A stretch of DNA of 64,000 nucleotides from Smithellaceae bacterium (GCA_049514435.1 JBEKVB010000003.1:153848-217847), one strand, 5' to 3'. Positions 24,256 to 34,819 are shown, counted from the stretch's first letter. Program-made: numbers and translations. The notes: generated by a model from the letters alone, not told the origin.

Positions 24256-24516
24256 ATGAAAATGTTTTTTGTTGTTTTGATTAGTGGTGTTTTTTTACTA
24301 TTGCCCGCAACTACCCCTCTTTTTGCTCAACCGGCAGCCAAAAGTTTGGTAGACAAGGAATGCTCCAAATGTCATAATACAAAAAGAATTTATAGTGCCA
24401 ATAAAAAAGCAGGCGAATGGGAAAAAACGGTTGACCGAATGATTAAAAAAGGAGCCAAAATTAAACCGGAAGAAAAAGACGCAGTTATGAAATATCTTAA
24501 TACTCTAAATAAGTAA
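24256..24516 (+). CDS. small secreted monoheme c-type cytochrome-like protein
   Basis: Signal peptide plus a single CxxCH (CSKCH). GGGAGG RBS. Confidence 0.55.
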   Translation: MKMFFVVLISGVFLLLPATTPLFAQPAAKSLVDKECSKCHNTKRIYSANKKAGEWEKTVDRMIKKGAKIKPEEKDAVMKYLNTLNK

Positions 24517-24564
24517 TTTTAGGCAGTTATAGTTTTCTTTATCTAAAAAAAATTGCTCTCGAAT

Positions 24565-26463
24565 TTAACGAATTTTTGCACCCGCTTGCGCTTCGCGGTC
24601 AAATGTGAGAATGGTAAGTCCTTTGTCCGTATCGGTAGCCAAAATCATACCACACGATTCTATTCCCATTAATTGCATGGGCTTCAAATTGGCAATCATC
24701 ACTATTTTTTTGCCAACTAATTCTTCGGGAGAATAATCTTTGCCAATACCGGCAACAATAGTCCTTTCTTCGCCGATATCAACTTTCAGCTTCAAAAGCT
24801 TATTGGATTTAGGAACGATCTCCGCCTCCAAGATTTTAGCAACGCGCAAGTCGATCCTGGCAAATTGCTCGTAATCAATCTCCTGTCCTAAATCGGCAAG
24901 AGATTCTCGTTTTGTGGTTTTGTGACTTTCTTTTTCTTTATCGATGCGCGGAAATAATAATTCGCCGCGAATTAAAGCACTGCCCGCAGTTAAAGCATTC
25001 TCTTTACGAATACTGGCCAAATCCAGCCGGTGAGATTCATCCACGCCAATTTGCTGTAAAATTTTCCCCGAGGCTTGCGGCATAAAAGGAGATATCAGAA
25101 TAGCTATCGCCCGCAAGGCCGCAAGCAAATCATACATTATCGCTGTTAATTTTCTCTTGTTTTCCTGATTTTTACCCAAAATCCATGGCTCTTTTTCTGC
25201 AATGTATTTGTTGGTAACATTGATAAATTCCCAAATGGCAATCAAAGCTTTATGCAGGGACATGTCGTTAAAACAAACTTCTACTTCGGAGAGTGTTTTG
25301 AGAGCAGCTCCGTACAGCAGGGAATCTTTCTTTTTATGGCTTGTTTCCGGCACTTTACCATCACAGTACTTGATAGCCATCGTGATGACGCGACTAACCA
25401 GATTGCCTAAATCATTAGCCAGGTCTGAGTTTAATCTTTTTACAAAAGCTTCCTCGGAAAAATTGGAATCCAGTCCAAACACCATATCACGCAAAAGGAA
25501 ATAGCGAAAAGCATCCAACCCGTATTTATCTTTCAAATCAATCGGTCGAACTACATTACCCAGGCTTTTGGACATTTTGCTTTGATCTGAATTCCAATAA
25601 CCGTGAACATTCAAGTGCTGATAAGGTTCAATGCCCGCCGCTTTGAGCATTGTCGGCCAGTAAATTCCATGCGGTTTTAAAATATCTTTGGCAATCAGAT
25701 GCTGAGCGGCCGGCCAGAATTTTTTAAATTTATCGCCGTAGGGATAATCCAGTGCAGTAATATAATTAATTAAAGCGTCAAACCAGACATAGGTCACATA
25801 GTTTTCATCGAACGGCAAAGTAATACCCCATTGCAGGCGTGTCTTGGGGCGGGAAATGCAAAGATCATCCAGGGGATCGCGTAAAAAGGCCAATACCTCA
25901 TTTTTATATCTTTCCGGGCGGATAAAATCCGGATACTTTTTGATGTAACTAATAAGCCAATCCTGATACTTGCTCATCCGGAAGAAATAATTGTTCTCTT
26001 CACGGTATTCAGGCTTAGTTTGATGATCAGGACATTTACCATCTACCAATTCTTTTTCCACGTAAAATCGTTCACAGCCAACACAATAATAACCCCTGTA
26101 TTGACCAAAATAAATTTCGCCGGAATTATAAACCTTCTGCAAAATATAACGTACAGTATCAATGTGATTGCTATCCGTTGTTCTGATGAAATAATCGTTT
26201 GTTATAGACAGTTCCGGCCACAAGCTACGAAATTGCGCGCTTATTTTGTCCGCATATTCTTTGGGAGTAACCCCGGCTTTTTGCGCCGCTTCGGCAATTT
26301 TATCCCCGTGTTCATCAGTCCCGGTAACAAAAAACGTTTCCGCGCCGGCCATGCGGTGATACCTAGCCAAAACATCTGCTACAATGGTCGTGTAAGCATG
26401 ACCGATGTGCGGCGAAGCATTAACATAATAAATTGGTGTTGTGATATAAAACAATTTCGGCAT
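24565..26463 (-). CDS. metG: methionine--tRNA ligase with C-terminal tRNA-binding (Trbp111/EMAP-like) domain
   Basis: HIGH-type motif NASPHIGHAYT. KMSKS (SKMSKS). C-terminal OB-fold LRVAKILEAE...LKLKVDIG. Confidence 0.95.
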   Translation of the reverse strand: MPKLFYITTPIYYVNASPHIGHAYTTIVADVLARYHRMAGAETFFVTGTDEHGDKIAEAAQKAGVTPKEYADKISAQFRSLWPELSITNDYFIRTTDSNHIDTVRYILQKVYNSGEIYFGQYRGYYCVGCERFYVEKELVDGKCPDHQTKPEYREENNYFFRMSKYQDWLISYIKKYPDFIRPERYKNEVLAFLRDPLDDLCISRPKTRLQWGITLPFDENYVTYVWFDALINYITALDYPYGDKFKKFWPAAQHLIAKDILKPHGIYWPTMLKAAGIEPYQHLNVHGYWNSDQSKMSKSLGNVVRPIDLKDKYGLDAFRYFLLRDMVFGLDSNFSEEAFVKRLNSDLANDLGNLVSRVITMAIKYCDGKVPETSHKKKDSLLYGAALKTLSEVEVCFNDMSLHKALIAIWEFINVTNKYIAEKEPWILGKNQENKRKLTAIMYDLLAALRAIAILISPFMPQASGKILQQIGVDESHRLDLASIRKENALTAGSALIRGELLFPRIDKEKESHKTTKRESLADLGQEIDYEQFARIDLRVAKILEAEIVPKSNKLLKLKVDIGEERTIVAGIGKDYSPEELVGKKIVMIANLKPMQLMGIESCGMILATDTDKGLTILTFDREAQAGAKIR

Positions 26464-26483
26464 ATAAAGACCCTTCCGTCAAC

Positions 26484-27260
26484 TCATGATAAAAAATCGC
26501 CGTCTTCATCCAGTTTTTCCAAATCATCGGTATTTTTATCTTCCGGTAAAAGCTTATCGGAATTATCCAGCGCTGTGTTTCCGTCATGGATAGCAGTTTT
26601 TGCACATTTTTTTGATCCGGTGCATTCTTCATGTTCGAAAGCGAGACAGCACATCAGCCGGCCGCATAAACCAGAAATCTTTTCCGGATTAAGCGACATA
26701 CTCTGTTCTTTAGCCATTTTGACGGTAACTCTCTCCAAATTCTGCAAAATTCCTGCGCAACAAACCATCCGGCCGCAAATGGCGATACCTTTAGTAATAC
26801 GCGCTTCTTGGCGGGCGCCGATTTGTTTTAGTTCTATTCGTGTTTTGAATCTTTGAACAAGGTCTTTAACCAGTTCGCGGAAATCCACTCGGTTTTCAGC
26901 GGTAAAATAAAAAATGATTTTACTTTTGTCGAATAGGCAATCCACATCGATCACTTTCATGGATAACCCTCTTTCCTGAATTTTTTCCAAACAAAATTTC
27001 CGGGCTTCTTCTTCCAGCTTGTCATTTTCAGCTTTAACCCGAATATCTTCGGATATCACTTTGCGTACGACCTTTTTCAAATTTCCCGGCAGTGCCGATG
27101 GCGGGCACCTGTTAACATCAGTGACAACAATACCCATCGAAAGACCGTTATCGGTATTGACGATAACCCTATCATCTTTGTGAAGAATAAGATCGGCAGC
27201 GTTGAAACTATATATCCTGCCTTCTTTTTTAAACTTAACACCGACTATGTTAGTAAGCAA
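26484..27260 (-). CDS. PSP1 domain protein (RicT/YaaT-like)
   Basis: PSP1 C-terminal domain pattern with Cys-rich GRMVCC...GRLMCCLAFE. Conserved tmk-holB-ricT neighbourhood. Confidence 0.85.
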   Translation of the reverse strand: MLTNIVGVKFKKEGRIYSFNAADLILHKDDRVIVNTDNGLSMGIVVTDVNRCPPSALPGNLKKVVRKVISEDIRVKAENDKLEEEARKFCLEKIQERGLSMKVIDVDCLFDKSKIIFYFTAENRVDFRELVKDLVQRFKTRIELKQIGARQEARITKGIAICGRMVCCAGILQNLERVTVKMAKEQSMSLNPEKISGLCGRLMCCLAFEHEECTGSKKCAKTAIHDGNTALDNSDKLLPEDKNTDDLEKLDEDGDFLS

Positions 27261-27279
27261 TCTTCATCCTACCAAAATT

Positions 27280-28266
27280 TTAATAATTTAACTTAAATGC
27301 CATTGTTTCCAATGTCAATGATTTGTTGCCATTATGTTCGATCGTCTCTCCTGCCTTCTCTATCAATTTAATATTCTGAAGAATTTGTTCGCCGGATAAA
27401 CGAGCAGCCATGACGGCAATAAAAGAAAATTTATCCTGATTTATCAGTATTTGGGCTTTACGGGTTTCTTTAAAGACCAATGCATCTCGAAAACAACTGC
27501 TAAGAATATCCAATCCCATTTTGATTCCCTTTTTATCTTGAGCCAAAAAGGACGCGAAGGTAATCAAGCTGAAGGGTTCACTATTTCGCGTACCGGCAAG
27601 CAATTCAAAAGTTCCCATGCGATAGGCGATTACATCTTCATTATTTAACTCCAGCGCTCGGCCAATGGACCCGCCGGATAGACCGGCTAATAACAAGGCT
27701 TTTTGCTCTTCCATGCCCATTCGGTCAATAAGAAATTGCACAATAATATTATTACTCAACGGATTAAAACGTATATGTCTGCAGCGCGAAATGATCGTCG
27801 CCGGCAAAGAATATGGCCTACTTGTAATCAATATCAGTACATTCACCGGAGACGGTTCTTCCAGTGTTTTCAATAGAGCATTGGCCGCTTGATCATTCAT
27901 TTTGTCCGCATTGTCGATAATAAACACCCGGTACTTTGCTTCCAGCGGTTTAAACTTCATTTGTTCCTGAATTTGACGGACGGCATTAATGCGAATGAAT
28001 TGACCCTCAGCTTCTATGCAAAAAAAATCGGGATGGCTGCCACGCTCGATTTTCCGGCAGGAAAAACATTTACCACAAGAATCCTGGCGTGCATCCTCAC
28101 CCTGACAATTGAAAGCTTTGGCAAACTCTCGAGCTAAAGTTTTTTTGCCGACGGCAGGGATGCCGCTAAAAAGGTAAGCATGCCCTATTCGTCTTTGAGA
28201 TAGGGTTTTTCGGAAAATTTCTATTTGTTTTTCATGACCCAAAACATCGCGAAAAGACATAATCAC
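27280..28266 (-). CDS. holB: DNA polymerase III subunit delta prime
   Basis: GHAYLFSGIPAVGKKTLA, Cys cluster CGKCFSCRKI, IIDNADKM. Synteny with tmk. Confidence 0.9.
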   Translation of the reverse strand: MIMSFRDVLGHEKQIEIFRKTLSQRRIGHAYLFSGIPAVGKKTLAREFAKAFNCQGEDARQDSCGKCFSCRKIERGSHPDFFCIEAEGQFIRINAVRQIQEQMKFKPLEAKYRVFIIDNADKMNDQAANALLKTLEEPSPVNVLILITSRPYSLPATIISRCRHIRFNPLSNNIIVQFLIDRMGMEEQKALLLAGLSGGSIGRALELNNEDVIAYRMGTFELLAGTRNSEPFSLITFASFLAQDKKGIKMGLDILSSCFRDALVFKETRKAQILINQDKFSFIAVMAARLSGEQILQNIKLIEKAGETIEHNGNKSLTLETMAFKLNY

Positions 28267-28301
28267 ATTATACTATAATTTTAAGGAAAGCATTCCGAAT
28301 A

Positions 28302-28949
28302 CTAATTTAGCGAGTTTATAAAATCCACTATATGCCGACGCACCTCTTCTTGAATTGTATCGACATCGCGCGTTGCGTCAATTAAACGGAAGCGTTCCGG
28401 CTCTTTTTTATAAATATTAAGATAGCCTTCACGAACTCGTTTGTGAAAATCCATGTTTTCTCTTTCAAACCTATCGGAAAACGCGGATTCTTTAAGCAGA
28501 TTGTTCCTTTCTGTTGCTCTCTGTAGTCCGATTTCGACCGGCAAATCAAAAAGAAAAGTCAAATTTGGTTTCAAAAGCATTGACGAATAATCATTAATAA
28601 TCTTGATAAATTCAAGGTTCAATCCGCGAGCTATACCCTGATAAGCAAAAGTTGCGTCAGAAAAACGGTCACACAACACCACCCTGTCTTGTTTTAATGC
28701 GGGTATAATCATCTCCCGGACATGTTGTGCCCGGGCCGCGCAAAATAGAAACGCTTCCGTTTCGGCACACATATAGTGATGGCCCCTGTTAAATAAGATG
28801 CCGCCGATTTTCCTGCCAATGTCGGTCCCGGAAGGTTCCTGAGTAATTAAAAGTGGGACATGCTTCTCAATTAAATACTGAGCCACAAGTCTCATTTGAG
28901 TTGACTTTCCCGAACCTTCAATACCTTCAAAGGTAATTAAACTTTTCAT
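28302..28949 (-). CDS. tmk: thymidylate kinase
   Basis: FITFEGIEGSGKSTQ P-loop and DRF motif (CDRFSDATFAYQG). Confidence 0.95.
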   Translation of the reverse strand: MKSLITFEGIEGSGKSTQMRLVAQYLIEKHVPLLITQEPSGTDIGRKIGGILFNRGHHYMCAETEAFLFCAARAQHVREMIIPALKQDRVVLCDRFSDATFAYQGIARGLNLEFIKIINDYSSMLLKPNLTFLFDLPVEIGLQRATERNNLLKESAFSDRFERENMDFHKRVREGYLNIYKKEPERFRLIDATRDVDTIQEEVRRHIVDFINSLN

Positions 28950-29147
28950 CGGTTGAGCCCCCTTCCCCTACCAAAGCCACGGGAAATTACTTTATATAGT
29001 CTACAATACCCGGCTCGATATACGTTAAAAATAATAATACATACTTCTTGGTAGCTAAAAACAGTCTGTAATTAAGAAGAAGGCTTGGGAATAAATCTGC
29101 CTGAAGCAAACAGATTAATCCATAGCTGCAAATTTGCCATAAATTAA

Positions 29148-29327
29148 TTATTTTTCCTCCCCGGGTACAATCGCTTCCACCGGACATTGATCCGCACAAG
29201 TTCCGCAATCAGTACAAAGCTTAGCATCGATAACGTATTTGTCTTCGCCTTCGGAAATTGCTTCCACAGGGCATTCGCCTTCACAAGAGCCGCAAGCGAT
29301 GCATTCATCAGTAATTACATACGCCAT
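29148..29327 (-). CDS. 2x[4Fe-4S] ferredoxin, 59 aa (below the ORF-track size cutoff)
   Basis: My translation: MAYVITDECIACGSCEGECPVEAISEGEDKYVIDAKLCTDCGTCADQCPVEAIVPGEEK, with two CxxCxxCxxxCP motifs. Confidence 0.85.
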   Translation of the reverse strand: MAYVITDECIACGSCEGECPVEAISEGEDKYVIDAKLCTDCGTCADQCPVEAIVPGEEK

Positions 29328-29510
29328 GATTATTTATTCTCCTTTTATTAATAGTTTATTAATAGTTATCTCCATCAAATTTAAATCCGGCCGGCAGGTT
29401 AATCGCCGGAAATAATTGCTAATTAACACCCATTATGTTCGGCAATCAATGTAATAATGCCGTTTAAATTACAGTAGATTCGCAGTCTGCCTTCGCGATG
29501 CAAAAAACTG

Positions 29511-29732
29511 TTAAACGGCAATAACTTCTTTAATATCCGGAAGTTGATTTTTGATAATTTTTTCTATCCCCATCTTTAAAGTCATTTGGGACATGGGACA
29601 ACCCTGGCAAGCGCCGGTCAGTTTCACTTTTACTATACCATCGGCGCTAACATCTATAAGTTCTACATCTCCGCCATCTGCCTGCAGCCCGGGCCTGATA
29701 AGATCAATAGCTTTTTGTACCTTTTCTTTCAT
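29511..29732 (-). CDS. NifU C-terminal-domain-like Fe-S cluster assembly/scaffold protein
   Basis: IRPGLQADGGDVELIDV...GACQGCPMSQMTLK is the Nfu/NifU_C signature. Confidence 0.85.
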   Translation of the reverse strand: MKEKVQKAIDLIRPGLQADGGDVELIDVSADGIVKVKLTGACQGCPMSQMTLKMGIEKIIKNQLPDIKEVIAV

Positions 29733-29783
29733 CTAATTTCTCCCTAATTAGGTTAAGATTTATCTTTTTCGCCCGCTTATAAT

Positions 29784-30374
29784 TTAATGCGGCATCTCTT
29801 TAACCATATCATGCGCTACATCTCGGGCAACTTTAGACAAATCCGGCTTACTCAGCATATAACTTTCCGTTATATTGTGGCCGGCTTTCCACATCCTTTT
29901 GCCGGTGGAAGCTTCATAGAATTTCATAGTCAAACTAACCTTGGCCACTCTTTTATCCTTTTCGACGGCATAATTCCATTCATCAACGGACACTAGCAAG
30001 AACGCGTCAATTTTGGCTAACTCGCCAATTTTCCTACTCAAGTCGGGATCAGAAAAATCAAGTGTATTCAATTTGGCAAGATATTCCCTGATTGTTTTGC
30101 GCAATTCTTCATTAGCCGTAATCTGGCGATTGAGATTCTCGGTATCGGTTACATCGGCAAACCACTTCTTTTCTATAAGAACACCAGCAACAATTTTTTC
30201 AACAACTCCCCTAGCTTCCTCATAATTGCCAACATCTACCGGGAATACAGCCACTTTTTGCGGATGAAAATCTTTTGCCTCCGGTGCTAATTGAGAAAAG
30301 CGTAAGCTTCCACAGCCAATAGCTGATAAAATGCAAATAACTAAACCACATATCACGAATAATTTTCTTATCAT
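29784..30374 (-). CDS. putative lipoprotein (start moved to MIRKLFV; lipobox SAIGC)
   Basis: AGGAGG RBS before the ATG at 30374. Signal peptide with a lipobox Cys. No family assigned. Confidence 0.6.
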   Translation of the reverse strand: MIRKLFVICGLVICILSAIGCGSLRFSQLAPEAKDFHPQKVAVFPVDVGNYEEARGVVEKIVAGVLIEKKWFADVTDTENLNRQITANEELRKTIREYLAKLNTLDFSDPDLSRKIGELAKIDAFLLVSVDEWNYAVEKDKRVAKVSLTMKFYEASTGKRMWKAGHNITESYMLSKPDLSKVARDVAHDMVKEMPH

Positions 30375-30412
30375 GATACAAAAACCTCCTGGTTTCCTTA
30401 AGAACCTTTCTT

Positions 30413-32140
30413 TCAGAGAAAAGACCAAAGGAAAACACTTAAACCCGCAATAATATAGATTGTTTCCAGTATACCTTCCATAACCGCCCCGGAAAGCCCG
30501 GACGTTCTATCACAAAGATGGAAACAAATCCATATATATAATAAGCAGGCAAGCAGGAAAAAACTTAAAGAAGAAGTCCATCCTGCTGCATAAGAAAAAA
30601 GAAGAATAGCGAATAAAATCAAGGAGATAATTTTGAGGACATTTTTTGTGTTAGCTTTACCAAACAGCACAGGAATCGTTTCCCGTCCGATTAATTTATC
30701 ACTTTGAAATTCCAAAATGTCCGACATCGCCGAACGAATAAAAACAATTCCAAAGGCAAAGCCAAAGGCAACGATCATTTGTGCATTTAAAAAATTATTT
30801 ATGTTTAATGCCGGTAAAATCGCCGTTACCGTTCCCCATGCTGTAGCCATAAATATATTTTTCGAGCCGGGCAAATCTTTTAACCTTTGGAAACGCCATC
30901 CTTTTGGCATAATTTTCATGTTGTAAAGTAAACCGGCAAGAGAAATAAAAAACAAAAACGTAAAGGGAAGAGCACCATTAATAAACGCCAACACAAGAGC
31001 AATCACAATAGAAAATACGGCGGCGTAAAGATAGAATTTTCCGTGTTTACGGTAAGTCTCTTCCCGAAATGAACCAATGAAACCAGCGGGCTTGCGGCTA
31101 ATCAAGCGATTTAACACATGCATACCGTATACAAAAAAAGAGGCTATGGCAACATACGATATGTTTACGTTTATTTCCTGCAATAACATGCACGCCACAC
31201 AAAGACATCCGGCACCAATAGCGGAATACACATCGGTTCTAATCGCCAATAGCCAAAGATTTAATAGAAATCCTACAGTTTTCAATTTACGGCTTTGTCC
31301 GTCCGCAATTTTATCCATCACACGGTCGATAATCCAATTGGGGGTGGAAGCTCCTGCTGAAACCCCAATGCGATCGTAAAGAGCAAAATTTACATTTTCC
31401 ATTTCCGTGGCAGTCTCAATATGGAAGGTAGGCGTTTGCTGCTTTCGAGCAAGATCGGCCAGTCTTCTGGTATTGGCGCTATTTTTTCCGCCGACAATAA
31501 ATATGGCGTCCATTTCTCCCGCCAGGGATATAATTTCAGCTTGTCTTTGCTGCGTTGAAGAGCAAATTGTATTAAATACAATAGCTTGGGGATAAATCTT
31601 TTTTATTTTATTGATTATCTTTTCGTAATTATCTGAAGTTTGTGTAGTTTGAGCAACAACACAAACTTTCCCTAAAGAGGGCAATTTATCTACATCTTCG
31701 GTCGTAATTACAGTGATGCCTCGTCCGCCGGTATAACCTAAAAGAGCGTTAACTTCAGGATGTTCTTTATCACCAACAATTACTACTGTATAATCAAGCG
31801 CCGTATGTTTTTTGATAATAGCCTGTACATAACCGACTTTAGGACAGGTGGCATCAATTATTCTTATGCCGCTTTCTTTAATTTTTTTCCTTTCAACGGG
31901 AGCTATGCCATGTGCCCTAATAATAAGAACTGCGTTTTGCCTGTCTCTAACCTCTTCAATATTTTCTACCGGGTTAACTCCGCGGGTCTTGAGCAACTCA
32001 ATAGTTTGCGGATTATGGATTAACGGGCCGTAAGTATAAATACTGCGTCCGGTTTCATGTTGCGCGATCTCCAGCACAATATCTACTGCCCTTCGTACGC
32101 CCATGCAAAAACCAGCCGTCTTGGCAAGTTTAATTTCCAT
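30413..32140 (-). CDS. ispH: 4-hydroxy-3-methylbut-2-enyl diphosphate reductase (IspH/LytB) fused to a ~290-aa polytopic UbiA-prenyltransferase-like membrane domain
   Basis: N-terminal 283 aa carry the three IspH Cys motifs (GFCMGV, ATCPKV, NTICSST). The C-terminus has about 8 TM helices with LKDLPGSKN and DILEFQSDKLIGRETIPV, resembling the UbiA-family Asp-rich motif. Confidence 0.8.
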   Translation of the reverse strand: MEIKLAKTAGFCMGVRRAVDIVLEIAQHETGRSIYTYGPLIHNPQTIELLKTRGVNPVENIEEVRDRQNAVLIIRAHGIAPVERKKIKESGIRIIDATCPKVGYVQAIIKKHTALDYTVVIVGDKEHPEVNALLGYTGGRGITVITTEDVDKLPSLGKVCVVAQTTQTSDNYEKIINKIKKIYPQAIVFNTICSSTQQRQAEIISLAGEMDAIFIVGGKNSANTRRLADLARKQQTPTFHIETATEMENVNFALYDRIGVSAGASTPNWIIDRVMDKIADGQSRKLKTVGFLLNLWLLAIRTDVYSAIGAGCLCVACMLLQEINVNISYVAIASFFVYGMHVLNRLISRKPAGFIGSFREETYRKHGKFYLYAAVFSIVIALVLAFINGALPFTFLFFISLAGLLYNMKIMPKGWRFQRLKDLPGSKNIFMATAWGTVTAILPALNINNFLNAQMIVAFGFAFGIVFIRSAMSDILEFQSDKLIGRETIPVLFGKANTKNVLKIISLILFAILLFSYAAGWTSSLSFFLLACLLYIWICFHLCDRTSGLSGAVMEGILETIYIIAGLSVFLWSFL

Positions 32141-32884
32141 TTAATTATTTTTCCTCGCCAGAATAAAGAATTCCTTATTGCCCACCGGACCCAATAGAGG
32201 TGAAGAACAAGTCCCCTCGACTTGCAGATTCAATTTTTGGCAAAAATCAGTTATTTCCAGGACTACACGTTCCTGAACTGCGGAATTTTTTACCAAACCT
32301 TTTTTGCCTATTTCCTCTCTTTCTGCTTCAAATTGAGGTTTGATTAGCGCCAGTATTCGCGCATCATCTTTGAGTAAGCGCAAAATTGCGGGAAGGACAA
32401 CTTTGAGCGAAATAAAGGAGACATCAACTGTGGCCAAGTCCGGCCTCTCCTCAATATCTGCGCCATCGTAGTGGCGGATATTTGTTCGCTCGATAACAAC
32501 CACACGTTTATCCTGACGAAGCTTCCAGGCCAGTTGGCCGTAGTTGACATCCAGAGCGTAAACTTTGGCAGCGCCTGCCTGTAAGAGACAATCGGTAAAA
32601 CCACCGGTAGAAGCCCCCACATCAAAAGCAACCAAACCCTCAACGTCCAATCCAAATAATTCCAGAGCACCTTTTAACTTGAGGCCACCACGGCTGACAT
32701 AAGGATTATCCTCTCCCTTTACATGAACTTGCGCATCACTAGGGACAAGTGTGTCGGCTTTATCCACATGGATTTCATTAATTTTTACAGCTTTGGCTAA
32801 AATCAAAGCGCGGGCTTTTTCCCGCGTCATAGCAATTCCGCGTTCGACCAGCAACTTATCCAAACGAATTTTTTCAGAAGCCAT
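32141..32884 (-). CDS. tlyA: TlyA-family rRNA 2'-O-methyltransferase (S4 + FtsJ domains)
   Basis: RLDKLLVERG S4 motif. DVGASTGGFTD SAM motif. Confidence 0.9.
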   Translation of the reverse strand: MASEKIRLDKLLVERGIAMTREKARALILAKAVKINEIHVDKADTLVPSDAQVHVKGEDNPYVSRGGLKLKGALELFGLDVEGLVAFDVGASTGGFTDCLLQAGAAKVYALDVNYGQLAWKLRQDKRVVVIERTNIRHYDGADIEERPDLATVDVSFISLKVVLPAILRLLKDDARILALIKPQFEAEREEIGKKGLVKNSAVQERVVLEITDFCQKLNLQVEGTCSSPLLGPVGNKEFFILARKNN

Positions 32885-32902
32885 ATTAATTTAATTCACC
32901 AA

Positions 32903-34819
32903 TTATTGGATACCGGAACCTTTAACCAGCATTTGTTTTATCGCCCGGATAATGCCTTCTTCATCAATGCCGTATATATGGCGTAACTGTTTCTGCGTGG
33001 CATGGTCAACAAATTCGTCGGGAATGCCCAGTCTTTTTACCTGAACGCCGCTTATACCTTTCTCAGCAAGCAATTCCAAAACGGCACTGCCAAAACCACC
33101 TTGGAGCACGTTTTCTTCGACCGTGATTATTTTTTTAATAGTTGCCGTCACATTCAACAAAAGGTCTCGGTCGATGGGTTTAATGAAACGGGCATTGATG
33201 ACTTTAACATTTAGTCCTTCTGCGCAGAGTTTCTCTGCTGCAGCGAGGGCCGGATATACCGTCGAGCCAATAGCGACAACAGCCAAATCCGAACCTTCCC
33301 GAAGCACTTCGCCCTTGCCTATTTCCAAAGCTTTCAGTTCACTGTCCAACCTTGCGCCTGTTCCTTTACCTCGCGGATAACGCAGCGAAACCGGGCAACC
33401 GCAGCTAACGGCTGTCTTGAGCATATGCTGTAGTTCGTTTTCATCTTTAGGCGCCATTACAATTATATTGGGAATGGAACGCAGATAGGAATAATCAAAA
33501 AGCCCTTGATGGGTCGCGCCATCTTCACCGACCAAGCCGGCACGGTCTATGGCAAAAACAACGGGCAGCTTTTGCAGACAAACGTCGTGGAGAATTTGAT
33601 CGTAAGCTCGCTGAAGAAAAGTCGAATAGATGGCAACTACCGGAATGAAACCTTCGATTGCCAAACCGGCAGCAAAGGTCACTCCATGCTGTTCCGCAAT
33701 ACCCACATCATATAACCGGTCGGGCAATTCCTGACGGAACTGATCCAACCCTGTACCCTCGCACATTGCCGCGGTAATGGCAACAATGCGCGAATCATTT
33801 CGCGCAAGTTCTACCAAGGTTTTCCCGAATATTTCTGTGTAAGTAGGAATGCCGGACGATGAGGCAAGCTTTTGCCCCGTCTCAACGTTAAAAGGTGATA
33901 TACCATGATAATTAAGCGGTTTTTCTTCGGCAAATTTATAACCTTTGCCTTTTTTTGTGATGACATGAACAAGCACAGGACCTTTTAACTCCTTTATATT
34001 TTCAAAATTTCTAATCAGGTAATCTAACCGGTGACCTTCCAGCGGCCCGACATATGTAAAGCCCAGTTCCTCAAAGAACGCCCCGGGAACTACAAATGTT
34101 TTTAATGATTCTTCTATTTGCTGAGACAATTTGACCATCTGATCGCCGATGCCGGGAATGCTTTTAAGGAAGCTTTTAATATCCGTTTTTAGCCTAGTTA
34201 CAGTATGACCGGTCATCACACGGTTCAAATAAGAAGATAGAGCGCCGACGTTGGGAGAAATGGACATTTCATTGTCATTGAGAACGATAATAATGTCTTT
34301 TTTACAATCGCCGGTCCAATTCAAAGCTTCAAAAGCCATTCCTGTGGTCATGGAACCATCGCCAATAACAGCAATTATTTTATCGCGATCACCCTTCAAA
34401 CACTGGGCTTGGGCAAATCCGGCGGCAGCGGAAATAGAAGTCCCGCTATGTCCAACATTAAAGACATCATAGATACTCTCTTCTCTTCTGGGAAATCCAC
34501 TTATGCCGTCCTTTTTACGCAAAGTGGCGAATTTGTCTTTGCGTCCGGTGATAATTTTATGCGCATAAGACTGATGACCGACATCCCAGATAACCTTGTC
34601 CTGCGGTGTACTAAAAACGAAATGGAGAGCCAAAGTTAATTCCACCGTGCCTAAAGATGAAGCCAAATGACCACCCGAAGACGCAACCGTATTAATAATC
34701 AAACCTCTAATTTCCTGGGCCAAAGTATTTAGTTCAGCTATGTTGAGTTTGCGGATGTCCTCAGGAAATTTCACCTTTTCTAAAATACTGTAATTCACTC
34801 TTTCCTGTTGCTTTACCAA
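32903..34819 (-). CDS. dxs: 1-deoxy-D-xylulose-5-phosphate synthase
   Basis: GGHLASSLGTVELT and GDGSMTTGMAFEALN (ThDP motif). Typical length of 638 aa. Confidence 0.95.
   Translation of the reverse strand: MVKQQERVNYSILEKVKFPEDIRKLNIAELNTLAQEIRGLIINTVASSGGHLASSLGTVELTLALHFVFSTPQDKVIWDVGHQSYAHKIITGRKDKFATLRKKDGISGFPRREESIYDVFNVGHSGTSISAAAGFAQAQCLKGDRDKIIAVIGDGSMTTGMAFEALNWTGDCKKDIIIVLNDNEMSISPNVGALSSYLNRVMTGHTVTRLKTDIKSFLKSIPGIGDQMVKLSQQIEESLKTFVVPGAFFEELGFTYVGPLEGHRLDYLIRNFENIKELKGPVLVHVITKKGKGYKFAEEKPLNYHGISPFNVETGQKLASSSGIPTYTEIFGKTLVELARNDSRIVAITAAMCEGTGLDQFRQELPDRLYDVGIAEQHGVTFAAGLAIEGFIPVVAIYSTFLQRAYDQILHDVCLQKLPVVFAIDRAGLVGEDGATHQGLFDYSYLRSIPNIIVMAPKDENELQHMLKTAVSCGCPVSLRYPRGKGTGARLDSELKALEIGKGEVLREGSDLAVVAIGSTVYPALAAAEKLCAEGLNVKVINARFIKPIDRDLLLNVTATIKKIITVEENVLQGGFGSAVLELLAEKGISGVQVKRLGIPDEFVDHATQKQLRHIYGIDEEGIIRAIKQMLVKGSGIQ

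Noticed and set aside
26020-26856. 278-aa ORF on the plus strand
   Set aside because: Antisense to metG and the PSP1 gene and spanning their junction. Low-complexity S/F/I-rich translation. A shadow ORF.
28987-29208. 73-aa ORF on the minus strand
   Set aside because: Overlaps the 3' end of the clearly real 59-aa ferredoxin gene in another frame. No RBS, and the sequence is not protein-like.
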